A stretch of 62,150 nucleotides of DNA from Vermamoeba vermiformis (lineage: Eukaryota). The stretch's first letter is position 1, and the number at the start of each line of letters is the position of its first letter. Positions 12,271 through 25,298 of the stretch are shown here, piece after piece. The DNA lies in assembly GCA_045837725.1 (NCBI GenBank), contig JBEWZL010000108.1, forward strand, positions 62,001-124,150. The letters are read 5' to 3'. The position numbers were made by a program, and so were the translations under genes. The notes under the pieces are model-generated. The model saw nothing but the letters and a program-made list of their open reading frames with translations. It was not told where the DNA came from and ran no database searches.

Positions 12271-13788
12271 TTAACAAACTTGTCCCTAATTAAACTAATC
12301 CGTTAGAACCTATTCTATATCGTATCCGAATCATATATACACGCTTTGGAATTGCAAACTAAGTACTTACTTGGATCAAGTGTTGCTCGAAAGAGGCAGC
12401 TGCGGCTTGGTGCGTGCAAACTCCAGAAGCAGGCGGGACCTGATCAGTGATTGGTCGCTGCTGGCGGCTGTCGACAACCATCTGTGACACTTGTGTTGCG
12501 GGCATTGCAACGGCCACTGGAGGAGCCTGGTGATTGACAGGCTGTGGGATCGGAGTTGTTTCATTTTTGCGTGTAAAGCGAGCTATAAGCAAATAAATAT
12601 TAGTAATGTGTATAATAGTATTCCGTATAGTGTTTCAAAACATTAAGGCATGTTCTGGTATTAACCAAAAGTAGATCGAACAAGGTAAATTAAAAAGGAA
12701 TCACATTAAATAATAAGCCGCGGTGTGATTCTTTCGATGCATGTTTAATAGGACTCTCCCGTTATATTTCGAAAGGGATTGATTTTCAATATAAATAATA
12801 AATCGCATTAAGATTTGTGGCAATTTCGCGTTTGGCGTGAAATCTGCAACGACGAAGAAAAAAATTGCCAGATTAAGTCCAAAAGGTTGAAAATTTCGCA
12901 ACATCTTAGCACCATATTTCTATAGTATTTGGATTTCACATTTTTGTAACCATAGGAAACATGCATCGATAAAATTGACAATCTTTGTGCGCAGATGCAA
13001 CCAAAGTTATGGTGGTTCACAAAATCTGCACTAGTAACCGTTACGCAGTAATTACCTTGTGCTTTAGCAGCGTGTTTGAGCATTTCATTGTGGTAAACGG
13101 TGAACTCCTCCTTCTGTACCGTCAGATGGTAGTTGAGTTTGGTGAGGAAAGTTCGTTCTAAAGCGTTCATTTCGTGACAAGTGACGCCTCCGACGTGAGC
13201 GTAGTATGAGTTGGTGTAGAAGAAGTCACTGTTGAACTTGGCTGATAGCACGATGCTGCAAATGAATTATTAAATTTAATTCAAGATCAAGAATTTATTA
13301 ATTGATTCTTACCTAGTCAGCATGAGTCTGTGAATATTCAATCGAGACAGTAATGTATCGGTATTGCGTTCCATGAATCTATCAAGATAGATCAAGGACA
13401 TAATCAACAGCTCATCGGAGAGAGGGGCAAACTTCAAAATTCTGATAAAGCCGAGATTAGCGATTGCGCAACGGTATGGTATGTTAATTAATTGCTTTCC
13501 GAAGTTTGATACGAGGGAATACAGCGAGAAACGTTAAAAACTTACCTAGCCATGTAATCTGGTACCGAAACTTCAGGAGCAGATGGAGCAAAGAACGGTG
13601 AGTTAGGATTGTACGCGATATAATGACCAAAGTTCTATCGGGAAAAGAGTTAGTTCGATTGTTCCGAGCACATCTCGAGATGAGACGGGACTAGTTACCT
13701 TTTCGTTGTTTTTCACGATTTCCTCAAGTACGTAGCAAACAACTTGAGGCATAGATCCGCGACGGCGCATAGCGTTTTGTCTAGACAT
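12271..13788 (-). CDS. PHO80/PCL-family (P/U-type) cyclin
   Basis: SVPDYMAR..LIYLDRF..LNIHRLMLTSIVLSAKFNSDFFYTNSYYAHVGGVTCHEMNALERTFL, typical of PHO80-like cyclins. Pro/Gln-rich tail exon. Confidence 0.92.
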
Positions 13789-14274
13789 GTTTAATCTGTG
13801 GCTCACTTGCGGCAAATTAATCGGCAATAAGTTGGCATGTCGATTTGCTTTCAAGTTTTATGCATTTTGAAACCCACGTGACGATTAAAAATTGAATTTC
13901 CCTTTTATGGATTAATTGATGCAAGTTTTACGCAATTTATGTGGTACAACACACGCGATACGTGTAATAGCATAATCTCAGCTTTTTAGTAAGCTGTGCT
14001 GTAGATCCAAGATCCCGTATTTATCGATCCATACTTTGCGTAAATTTTGTTTGCTAAACGGATCGGAATTACATGATACTACTTTACTGTAAGAGCTTCA
14101 GCTATAATTTATCGTTGGAAGAATGCTAGGTAGAGTTATTCCTGTTGTCCAAGCTGTCAGTCTCGTCAGAAAAAAATTAAATAGCGTACGGGATTGCCCT
14201 ATGGATCAATTTGAGATTTATGGCATTTACAAGCGTTTTGTATTTACATTCTTTGTACATATACTTCCGACGAG

Positions 14275-17200
14275 TTACTCGTACTGGTTCTTTGAGGACG
14301 GGCAGCTCCTCTTAGTATGACCTGCAGTTGAAATATCAGGACCTACGAATCTATTAAGAAAGCGAGCGACTGACCTGTTTGACCGCAAGCTGAGCACGTC
14401 CTACTCGTTGGTTTCTTCGGCGAGCCTGCTCCTCTACCACGCGAGCTCTGTCCTCGGCCGCTAAAGCTTGATTTCTGTTCGAAAAAATTTTTAGCCGTTA
14501 CAGATCGCTTGCGACAAACGTCATGCATCAATTCGAAGAATCACTAAGTGCGGATATACTCAAAAGCACGAATATTCGCATGCGGGTTCATTAAGAAGTA
14601 GACAAAACTCGATCACGATCGAAAACTTGATCAGATTCAAAAACGACAGGATAAGAGCTGATTGACTTACCGACCACGATCCCCTCTTATTGCCGCCTCT
14701 GTCACCATATCCACCACCTCTTCCTCGTTTACCAGTGCCTCCAGATCGAGATCCGCCCGTGTCATTAGTGTCCCAGTCGAAGAAGTTGCAGACGCCGTTC
14801 TCGCAAGTCCAGAACGATTTGCCCTTATTGGCTATTAAGTAAGTAAACATGTTAGTGACATGTGAGCGAATTATTGGCAATGGGACGTGATCTGGATCGG
14901 GAGGTGCACTTCGCATACGGTAATTAATTAACGAGCGAATTTTTTCTCCGACCAAGATTTAAGGTCCTCCATACTCCACCGTACCGTTATTTTTCGTTAC
15001 TCGCTTTGTGACTGCAGGACGACCACAATCACACGTCCTAGATGCTTCTGACGGATCAACCTAACGAATCATAATAAAAATTATCAGGTTAAATATTGTG
15101 AACTGATCTGTGATCGATAATTGGATTGAAGCTCTTACCGGTTCTGGGAAATCGCCAATAGGACCATTATATGAATCAGAATATGATTGTTGATTTTCCT
15201 GGTTATACGAATTGAAATCGTCGTCCTGATCGACTTCTTGGACGTAATGCGATCCTGATTGATTCCGATTGAAGGATTGGTTGTTGTTGCTATTGTTCCA
15301 TTGATTGTTGCTTTGGTAACTGTTATAATTGTTGTTACTGTAATTCGTGGTTGTCGATCTGTCGTTGTAGGCCGGTCTCTTATTAGATGCGCTCAAGTTT
15401 TCAGCTAGGTCGTCATATCTAAGCCAGTCGGAGTTAAGGTTCGGAGAATAAAGACCCGAGTTAATTAACGGGCCTTATAAAAATAATTGCAACATTCCGA
15501 ATAACCAAAAAAAAGAACCTTAAATTTCCGAAATGATAATAATTTGTAAACTCCTCAAGACACCGCGGAACTGCGTTGCTACTAGGGCCTGATAAAATTT
15601 AGCTAAAATGGAATTTGAGATTGAATTAAGGATACGATCGCTTTACGGCAGCAGATGCGCGTTTAGGTTCAGGCGTAGGTCTCATCCCTTGCTGGAAGTA
15701 ATGTGGAATTGCAGCAGCGGGATCCTTCTCGTAGAAAGTATTGAAGTTCTTATTAGCCATGGCCAAGTACTCCGTAATATTGGTGTCACATCCGCCGACG
15801 CAAGCAACGAGCTGAAAAGAAAGCGGATTAGAATTCAGAAATCTGAGAATCTCGTATCTATAGATACAATAACATATATATTTAGTATAATATAGTTCCT
15901 CTAATAGTTTTTAAATTGCTTAAAGGCAAAGTAACGGCTAGATTCGGTACGTACTTCTGTTGGATCACCGGGTACAACCCGATTAGCAAAGAACTTCAGA
16001 TTGAGCATTCGACATTGCTTTGGTGCGCATTTTGGGCATATATCGCCCGTTATTGAAACGGACTCTAACTCCGAAGGCAGCCATAAGGTCTTTGTACAGT
16101 TAGGATAACCGCTGCACCCCAAAAACACTCCTCCATCTTTCTTTCGCTTAATAGTGAAGCCAGCTCCACACTGAGGGCACGGCATAATAGATTGTTGCTA
16201 TAGAGATTTATTAGAGCAAATTTCGAATTTTCCAACGTTAGATGCGCATCTAGACTTACTCTACCAGCGAACTGACAATCAGCTGAGCATTCGAAGCACG
16301 GCATTTTTGAATTTTGTCGACCACCTTCTTCCTATTATACAAAGCGCAAGTTAGTGACTGAACGAGATCTGGTCCGGTACAAAAAAAGTACGTACAATGT
16401 CGGGCAGGCTAGGTGGATTATTATAGCAATAGGGACAAATGTTGTACGATTTTCCCTTGGCAGAAGTAGCGCTAACAGCTTGGAAGTTGCACAAAGGACA
16501 CAACACTGAGGTCGCCTGCAGTTCACCGTTTGGCACGACCAATGACAGCTGACACTGTTCGCAGTACAGCACTTGTTTTTGACCGGTGTTGCGCAGGTGC
16601 ATCATGTTGTGACACTTGCCACATTGTGCAAATTCACGCTGTTCATCGGTGAAGTTGTTGGATCCTAAAGGCTGGTAATACCGACCAAGAGCCTATGACA
16701 GTAATAGTTAATATAACATTCACGCATATTCTACTATACTTGCCTCGTCGAGTAGTCGTGCTTGTTGTTCGACTTTGACGTAAATATCTTTGTACACGTT
16801 AATGTTCTCTTTGACAACTTGCTCTTTTGTCTTGGCACCATTACCAATGCCTTTCATATCTAACTCCATCTACAATCATATAAGATATTAGTATCATACA
16901 GAGGATCATTATACTGATCGAAAATGAAGCACCCATCGCGCGATCGGATCTGTCGAATCTCTTACCTGAGCACGTAATTGAGGCAACGACAGCTTTCTGA
17001 ATCCAATAGCATTATATCCAGCGACCAATGCCTCGCCTAGTTTGGTTGGAATAAACTCGCCGCGCCCACCTTGCTTAACGCAGTACTGACGCTGCAAGAT
17101 CTTCTTGATGTGTTCGGCGATTGTAGCATCGGTACCTGGATGAAGAGGATTAGGGCATATACTTTAATGAACGTTCTTAAGAACGTATTCTTTAAGGAAC

Positions 17201-19618
17201 AGTTTAAGGTATTATCCCGTGGTTAGATCTGGATTTGGATCCAGACAATTAAATCATCGAAATTTAAGCAATTTATTAATTTTGACTATGCAGCGGAAAT
17301 GCGCAATTTATGTGGGAATAATTGCACAAAGAATACCGCAAAATTTATACGCTTGATTGCACGCCAAATCAAAATTCAAATCTTCCAAAATTAAATTGTT
17401 GACATTTTTGGTTCTGTGAATAAAACTTACCAATGCCATTATCATACATCAATTGAATAAGTTCCGATTCTGTCAAGCAACTCGGCGCGGTGGTTTTGTC
17501 GTGGTACATCTCCAATACTGATGGCAAATACTGTTCGCCCTTCTTAAAGTTCGGGATCGTCTTGTCCGACCACTTCTCATAGCGGTAGATCTCGAGAAAG
17601 TTATAAGCAGTAATCGCGAGACCTTTGCAATGGAACATCTCGCCGGCGATGCTAATTTCAACCTATTCGCAAATGTAAGCATGGTTCTTCGTGATTTAAA
17701 AAAAGATCGTGATTTACTGACAGAATGTCACACACGCGTACAAAATATAATTTATCAAAAGGGATTTAAAACTTACGGTGGTCTCCTGACCGAGCGCGTC
17801 ATCAGAACAGCAAGCTAAGAAATGACGCACTATAAGTTCGTAGACCGCTTTGTCCCGTCCGTCTAAAATTGCGTGTTTTGTAGGGTGGATCGGCGGATGC
17901 GAATTATCATCGGTTTTGCCAGGCTTCGGGTTTCTAAAGCCTTGGTCGAGTAACCTTAACATATGTTAGTATACGAATCCTATTCACACTCCGAAACTTA
18001 CCTTCGTGCGTAGTCTCCCCAGATCGGATCGTCCTTTTGCACGTTGATCAGACCGCGAAAGTCCGTGTTCGGAGAAAATTTACTCGTTTCGGTTCTCGGG
18101 TAACTAATGAAACCTTGTTGATAAAGTCGTTCCGCGATTTCCATTGTGTCGTCCGAAGATATTTTTAACTTTTGCGCGCACAGTTTTTGCAGCTGCACCG
18201 TCGTCAATGGGAACGGCCGACTAAATATTGAATCATATAAGTAAACATATTATACGCCAATAATGACAAAAGAATACTGCAAATATGAATATAAACATGA
18301 CTTACTATTTGCGAGTTGGTTTTGAATTGACATTGACGACTGTAGCAGTCGGATTATCGACGCACAACTCGTAGAGTATGAGCACCGAGGCGTGGTCAAA
18401 CAGTCTCTTGCGGTCCCAGTTCAGACTCGCTGATTGGTCGTCTTTATCGATGACCACTTTGATGCCCCAGTAGTCCTCGGGCTTGAACACTTTATGCTTC
18501 CAGTACCGATCCACGATGAATCCTAGCGTTGGAAATTGACACGGACCTAATAGGGTAAAAAACAAACAAGTAAGTCACGTGACATTTTGAACAAACTTTT
18601 CTTGCTATTACGTACCATAACTGACGATCTCAGAAATGCCAGTAAATTTGTTTCTGAATCGCATTGTTTGAAAGCGCGTGAACGCAGCGCCGATACGCAA
18701 ATCTAATTCTTGACGAGCATCAACCGCCAGCGAATCCAGTTCATTCGGCTTCGCTAAATTTTGACACGCTCGGTGAATCTCACTAAAGATCACGTTAGAT
18801 CTCGAATATGAAATAAAAGATGATTATATTATTAGTACTTACGCTGGAATCAATGCTGAAAAGTGAGCGCGATAGATCACGTTGAGTCTCGGATTCGCTT
18901 GTTTGCAGACACTAACGACTTCAAAAGCAATATTTTCACCTTCTCTGTCACAATCCAGCCATAAAATGAGCCACTGACAGCCTTTAATTTCTGCTTCGAG
19001 TGTCTTCTTCAGATTGATTTTGGACTGAATAGTAACCTTGTTAGTCATGAACTTTGCTATGTTCTATTTGCAGACGGCAGTCTTAACATGTATATTATAC
19101 CTCTGATATCTCTTTGTACACTGGTGCTTCAAAAAGTGTAACTGGATCCACACGTTCCCACGACTTGTACTCGGGAGGATAAGCGTAGTTCATCATGTGT
19201 CCTGTGACCGATGTAACGACCATATGTACTTGTTGGCCTTTAATATCATAGTCGAACTCGAATATCGGATTGTAAGGTGATTTTCCAGTGCGCTAGAGGA
19301 AAAAAGTTAGCGATCGAGCAGATCCAAAAACCAATTAATTGCAAAAATATAATTTTTAACTAATCGCGCTGTATTATAGTAAATTAACGTTAATTTACTA
19401 CTGCGAAGCAAATAATATTCTAGGAAATAATTTGTTTATTGGTATTTTCAAAACAGAAGGGCTATAATTATAGAGAGGCTTAAATTAATCTATATAAATG
19501 CTAATATAAATTTACAAATTATTATTACCTTTGTAGCATTTCGTGAGGACAAGATGTCGGTGATCGCTTTTGCAACCGAGGGTTTCTCTGCCACATTAAG
19601 CGCTCGTATTGATCTCAT
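14275..19618 (-). CDS. TOP3A: DNA topoisomerase III alpha (type IA) with C-terminal Zn ribbons, GRF finger and CCHC knuckle
   Basis: [28 protein letters not shown], catalytic [25 protein letters not shown]4 ribbons, GRF-type [19 protein letters not shown] and [14 protein letters not shown]. Confidence 0.97.
15419..15635 (-). other. U12-type (minor spliceosome) GT-AG intron in TOP3A
   Basis: Donor GTATCCTT at 15635-15628. Branch-like CCTTAAC at 15439-15433, about 15 nt before the AG. Removal restores the frame ([18 protein letters not shown]). Confidence 0.8.
15552..15571 (+). repeat. 20-nt exact dispersed repeat, copy 2 (inside the TOP3A U12 intron)
   Basis: Identical to 9701-9720. Confidence 0.85.
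16693..16743 (-). other. GC-AG intron in TOP3A
   Basis: GAG|GCAAGT donor and ATAG| acceptor. Joins RLLDE to ALGRYY in frame. Confidence 0.8.
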
Positions 19619-20254
19619 GTTGTGTTCGTTATCATAATAAATATAACGCTGAGCGGTGTTGTTGGGCTGAATAAAAGAAGTTCAAAAAAATGAGCATAAT
19701 TTACGCGCGCAAAATCAGTCTTCCTTCAAATCCGCATTGAGCACCACCAAACAATGGCAGATGGGTACAAAAATGCGTAATATTACCCAATATATTCGAT
19801 TGCAAATACAGTGTAAGGCTCGACGTGAAAGAAAGAGATCTGAATTATTTATTTATTTTCTAGACTAAGACTTTTATTTCAGATTCGGCCAATCGAAATG
19901 ACGTCCAGTATGTTATTCTCGTATGGCAAAAATGTTAGTGAGGTTGGACAAGGTACTCACACCGAGGTACTTGTGATCGGATCGTGTGAACTCTAGAAGT
20001 TAGAACAGTGTATTATTCAAGCAATTTACGGTGAAGCGCCATTAACTCTAAAGGTAATTTAAGCAATTTTGGCCTGATTGACGTTTTTGAGACCAAAAAG
20101 TCTGCTTCTGCGATTTATTTATTAATTTAAAATAATGACACAACAACGACAAGGTATTTGTTTATTCGATTATTTTTGTTAAACAAACGTAAGTCAAATA
20201 ATGATGAATAATTTTAATCGTGAGATTTTGAGTATTAACGGTTTTTAGGTCAAA

Positions 20255-20911
20255 ATGTCAGTCCAGATTCCACTTCAACGAGGCAAAATTGCTTGGATCG
20301 TCTACGCCTTGACAATTATAGTAGAATTATTTACGGCCATCAATCCTATATTATTGGACTTTTTACCCGAAGAAGTTGACTTCAAAATCTTCGCTTACAC
20401 GACGTATCCGCGCTTAGTGATCTTGATCACCTGCTCCGTCTTGGTGCACCGTAAGAAATTTTGGCAACAATACATTAAAATTAGCGCCCTCACTGCCGCC
20501 GGTGCTAGCTCAATAGTAGCCTATATGTTTTTAGTCAAAGGTCACAAAAACGCTTGGGATTCGCTCGACACCGATCAGATCCACGCAATGGTCGCTTATG
20601 GCCTAATGATCTTCGTATTATTGGGACACTATAGAACAATGCTGAAATGGTTCCCTTGGACTCGTGTAGCATTTTATTTCTACAAGCTGGTCCGATTTTT
20701 TCACATCATGTTCTTCATCGTGCAAGAATCAGTCGGCGAGACATTTGACAACATTGCTTTCGTGGCATTTTTTTCAGCGACATTAGAGCTGTTGCATGAA
20801 ATGATGTTCGAAGCGGATGCGGTCGAAAAAGAAGTTAAAGTACATCTGCGTCACTTGAAGCACTCGCAAGCACACGATATTCAATACCACGCATTGAATA
20901 ATAATGAATAA
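20255..20911 (+). CDS. Intronless multi-pass membrane protein of unknown function (218 aa)
   Basis: AAAATG start, about six hydrophobic segments, and a His-rich polar C-terminal tail. Confidence 0.75.
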   Translation: MSVQIPLQRGKIAWIVYALTIIVELFTAINPILLDFLPEEVDFKIFAYTTYPRLVILITCSVLVHRKKFWQQYIKISALTAAGASSIVAYMFLVKGHKNAWDSLDTDQIHAMVAYGLMIFVLLGHYRTMLKWFPWTRVAFYFYKLVRFFHIMFFIVQESVGETFDNIAFVAFFSATLELLHEMMFEADAVEKEVKVHLRHLKHSQAHDIQYHALNNNE

Positions 20912-21188
20912 ATGTCATCTATATATTTGACCAAAATCTGGAACCTTCTACGCATGTTGGGCTGGATCCACCTTAAGACTTGAAGACAAGTACTCCTCCG
21001 AGCATCCTTATCTAGTTATCATACAATTTTCGCATCTCATACATTTTACGCTTTTCTTTATTAGTAGCATCGTTACACTTTTTAAGGAGGTCGGTACATG
21101 GGACCAACACGTATAACATTAATTTGACCATTGTCCACATATTCCTATTGTTGTTTTTTTTGAGAAAGGGGGTGGTATTTTGAGAATG

Positions 21189-21243
21189 ATTGGGATTGGC
21201 CGACTATTTTTATATTGGTCTATTTTATAAATAGTCGGCCAAT
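21189..21243. promoter_or_regulatory. 15-bp perfect inverted repeat carrying clustered CCAAT/ATTGG boxes
   Basis: ATTGGCCGACTATTT (21195-21209) and AAATAGTCGGCCAAT (21229-21243). Further ATTGG at 21189 and 21214. About 120 nt upstream of ATG 21363. Confidence 0.55.
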
Positions 21244-21362
21244 AGGAATTAACCGACACGCTACGTCCCGACAATTCACGAACCTGACTGTGGGACACAA
21301 ATTCTTTGGTGCTCAAACTTGCAAGTTCGTCTATCATATTGCTTTGACAAACAACAACTAGC

Positions 21363-22379
21363 ATGTATAAGCATATTATTTTTGTGGTTTTAATTGTCGC
21401 TTTGGCGGCTGCCCAAACTCCCTTGACCCCTGGTTGTACTTACCGCTCTTCAACTTCTTTCAGATCCTGGAGTTATTTCTCCCTCCAGTTGTCTGAATCG
21501 ACAATTAATTATGTTCAGCTCGTTACTAGCGTTGACTCCGTATGCGATTTATTTATTTTATTTTTATTCCTAAAAATTGAAAATAAATATTTAGGGCACT
21601 CCTTTCTATTATGCGAACATTGGATCGTTCCCTACTTTCCAAAGCAACATTTGGAAATATGAGAACGTGACCGGAGGTGCTGTTTCGAACTACTTCTACA
21701 ATCCGAACATCGATCTGAACACCGGAAACTACTCCAACAACATCCTTTACATTGGAGTATACGGATATACTAATACCAAGTATGGTTTAACCGTATACAC
21801 TCAAGGTGAGTGAGAACCAAGAAACGTCAACGCGTCAAATCTGCAGATTCATGATCCGTTCTTCGTTAACACTGGCCCAACCATTCAATTATAGGCCCCA
21901 TTACCTTATATGATAGACAAATCTCGTCTCCTACCTTCCCCATCCCCAACACGTACCTTTTCTACAAGTTTGTTGTTGACTCCGGATTGAGAGCCTTCCA
22001 AGCTGTCGTTCAGCCTACGCCCTATAAAAACAACTACTTCTTCTTTATGAGCAATTCTACTTCGTTATACCCACTCTATCGTGGCAAATATCAATACATG
22101 TCTAGTGCTTCCAACTTCAAAACATTTTGCCTCTCCATCAACTATCCCTACCCTGGTAATTAATCAATATAAAGCTTAAATATTAACACTTCAAATAAAC
22201 AATCGCTAATTATTGCTCAATTTAGGCACTTATCGCTTGGGCCTCAGCACCAGCTACTTGAACTACTCGATCCAGTTCGTTGAGAACGGCTTGGGAACTT
22301 GCAGTACGTGCTAGATATAACAATTCACTAACGAGGGTTAACTAATCGCTGTTTTCAACTTGCAGAGTTCGAGAATTAG
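21363..22379 (+). CDS. Secreted protein of unknown function (signal peptide, Tyr/Ser/Thr-rich beta-type repeats)
   Basis: MYKHIIFVVLIVALAAAQ signal peptide. Spliceable exons including LYIGVYGY and PGTYRLGL. The 3' end is approximate. Confidence 0.7.
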
Positions 22380-22930
22380 AACAGCCCGAATTCTCAGAAT
22401 TTTTAGCCGAGATCCGCTACGTTCTTTCAGCAAATCATAAATAGGCCTTTACCTTACTATTAATGTGCTAGTTATTTGACGAAGTATAAATGCTTTCACA
22501 AAGCGCCAACGAGATCTGGTTTTAGGGTTATGTTCATACAGTACGCCGGTAACATTACCAAGCCGTATCATATATCTACGCTGCTATCTCATATTTCGTG
22601 ATTCGGTTTGCTGTCTTGCGTTTCTTTATCTTTCGGAAACGATATTTTCGGAAAATTATTTCTGCGCCGTTTAAACCGGAACAGGAACACTTCACTTACC
22701 CAGTACCTAATTTACAAAATCACTATTTTTCTTTTGCTGACCTAATGTTATTAAGATAGCTATCCAATATTAGTTCTCGTTAAGATACCTTAATATTGCC
22801 TAATAAGTATCAGTGGATATCAAATAGGGTGGGGTTAGCAAGCGGATCCGCTCAAATAAAAAGAGTACATTTAATGACCAATTACAACATCGCTGTTAAT
22901 ATATACAATATGGATATATTAACATATTCG

Positions 22931-24768
22931 TTATTTCCTTCGTTTTCTATCCTCTTCTGGCTCAGGACTAACATAAAAAATATTAGCGTTTGTAATTTTT
23001 CTTGAGGGTTAGGGTTTGGTTTCACCGTGGCAAATAAAAATTATTTAATACGTACCTATTGCTTCGCTTCCGCCTTCGGCTGCTGCTATCTGAAGTACGG
23101 CTCGATCTGTCCTTATCTTTCTCGCGTTCCTTTTCTCTGTCTCGTCGCTCACGTGATCTTGAACGAGATCTCCTACTAACGACCATGTCAGTAAGTTTGA
23201 AACACTAGTGTAACAGACGCAATATCGTGCACTACGTACCTGCCCTCAGTCTTCGAGTCACGTGGTCTGTCACTTCGTTCTCGCGATGATCTTCGCTCGC
23301 CAGATCGTTCAGCTGCAATGAAAATATGACGTTAGTAAGTGACCCATCAAGCTTCTTTCACGGCACTACTTACGCGGTCTGTGGTCTCGTCTTTCACGTC
23401 TGTCATCTTCACGTTCTCTGAAAGGCTCGCCTCCAGCTAAGGACGTCACGGTTAGTGCGTGTCATTCAAAATTATGGCTTGGTACTTACGAGGGAAATGC
23501 ATGCCAGGTGGTGGAGGACCACGGAATGGTGGCATACCAGGAGGTGGTCCGCGTCTGTCACCGCGCATGAAAGGTGGTGGAGGTCCGCCTCGGAAGCCAC
23601 GTGGAGGAATGCCCATGCCCATTGGTCCTGGCATCATGCCCGGCGGGAACTGGCCTGGGAAGTGTGGTGGCATGCCCGGGGCTAAAATGAAAATTTAGAT
23701 TTAATGCTTTATTGAGCTAATAGCATTATTTGATGTTTACCTTCGCCGTGACCATCACCGCCCTCGTCTTGTCCTTCAGCGACGACTTGAATGACCGAAT
23801 CATCTGACTCGCGATTACGACGCACAGCTATTTATGGAAATATTAGTAATGAGACCTAGAGTTATTATGCGTGGAAAGTTTTTGGTCGAAGTTTGACACG
23901 TGTCACATGTCACTTTGTACTTACGTTTTCTCATCATCATGTTCGGTGGCATTTGAACGTTACCTTCTCCAGGCTTAGACTGTGCCCCTTCAAAGACCTA
24001 TATATAATATAAGTGTTAAAAGCATTATCCAATGTGAGTTCAGTATCAAAAAGTACGTGCCTTAATTTTACCCAAATTATTTATCTCGCTCTTCATTTGC
24101 ATTTGTTTCAAGCAATATGCGCGCCAAGTCTCTTCAGTGAATCCATAATTAAAGTAATCAGTCGGATCCGCACCAGGCTTCAACCAGGGCTTCTCTTCCA
24201 TACTATCAATATCTAACTCGACTAAAGTCCTTCCAGCTTGTCGTTGCTGCATGATCTGCGGCTGCAATATTTGCAGAGGGTTGTAAGGCTGGCCAGTCAA
24301 CTGCGAGCCAACAACGCCTTGCCCTGGTTGACCGGAGTTTGACTTGTTGAGGACGTACTTGTTGGCGCCGGGTTGGTTGACGCCTTGTCGGAAGAAAGTC
24401 TTGTTGCTCGATTGACCTGGCTGCACGCTTTCAACGGTGTCTGTATTAATTACAATTTCAAAGTCATCTTCGTTGTCACTCTCTTCGTCGTCATCGCCGT
24501 CCTCTTTTTTAACTTTGTCTTCCATTTTTACATCACTAAATGCGATAAAATAAGTCTTAATATCGTCTATGATATATATGGAGTATAATATTAGGACTTA
24601 CTTTGAGGCATCGTTAGTATTTACATCGTTAGTGTTGTTGTCTGCATCCGGCAAATAAACATCATTATCGCCTTCAGGATTATATGCTTCTTCTTCTGGA
24701 TGATACTCTTCATCAGGTTTATATGATTCGGGATTATACGAATCGTCTGGTTTGTAGTCTTCCGCCAT
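22931..24768 (-). CDS. FIP1: Pre-mRNA 3'-end processing factor Fip1
   Basis: Fip1 signature [34 protein letters not shown]. Acidic N-terminus, Pro-rich middle and RD/RE/RS-rich tail. Confidence 0.95.
23998..24060 (-). other. GC-AG intron in FIP1
   Basis: AAG|GCACGT donor and ATAG| acceptor give in-frame GKIK-VFEG. The nearby GT, 4 nt downstream, would shift the frame. Confidence 0.7.
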
Positions 24769-25298
24769 TATGTCGATCGTTGATCTGAAAAAGAAAAATT
24801 GGTAACTATTACAATAAATGATTTGCTATTAAAATTTCAATACTATATGTGCTAATATTATTATAATACAAAATAAGGCGTAATTGATCGATAGTATTTA
24901 ATTTTATGGTAAGTTTGTCAATTTGTCATAAATAAATTTCCATCGCTTTGCAAACCATTGATTTACCGATCAAATTGAATAATAATATAATATTCGATAT
25001 AAATTAATTTTTCTTTAATTTTTTAACGTTGTTCAAGCACACTTACATTTCACTCCAAACGATCTCTTGTTTCCTCAAGCTTTACAGCAGTACTTTAAAT
25101 ACACTAACTGACTGAATAAAGCTGAATATGTGGTATTATGTTTGGTTAAAAGGGACGAACGAAAAGTCATAGAAGCGGGTTGCAGGTCAAAAAAAACTCG
25201 GCCAAAAAATTTTGCGCAAAACGATCTGTGCCTTAAAAATCTGTTTGTCAATCGTGCTGCATCGTTATTTACTTATATTACACCACCACGCAATAAAA

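Noticed and set aside
15519-15588. Extra coding exon in TOP3A
   Set aside because: In the incoming phase it reads TCG CCC TAG (stop). The region is better explained as the interior of the U12 intron.
23003-23016. Telomere-like GAGGGTTAGGGTTT in the last FIP1 intron
   Set aside because: Fewer than two full repeats and no surrounding structure, so compatible with chance.
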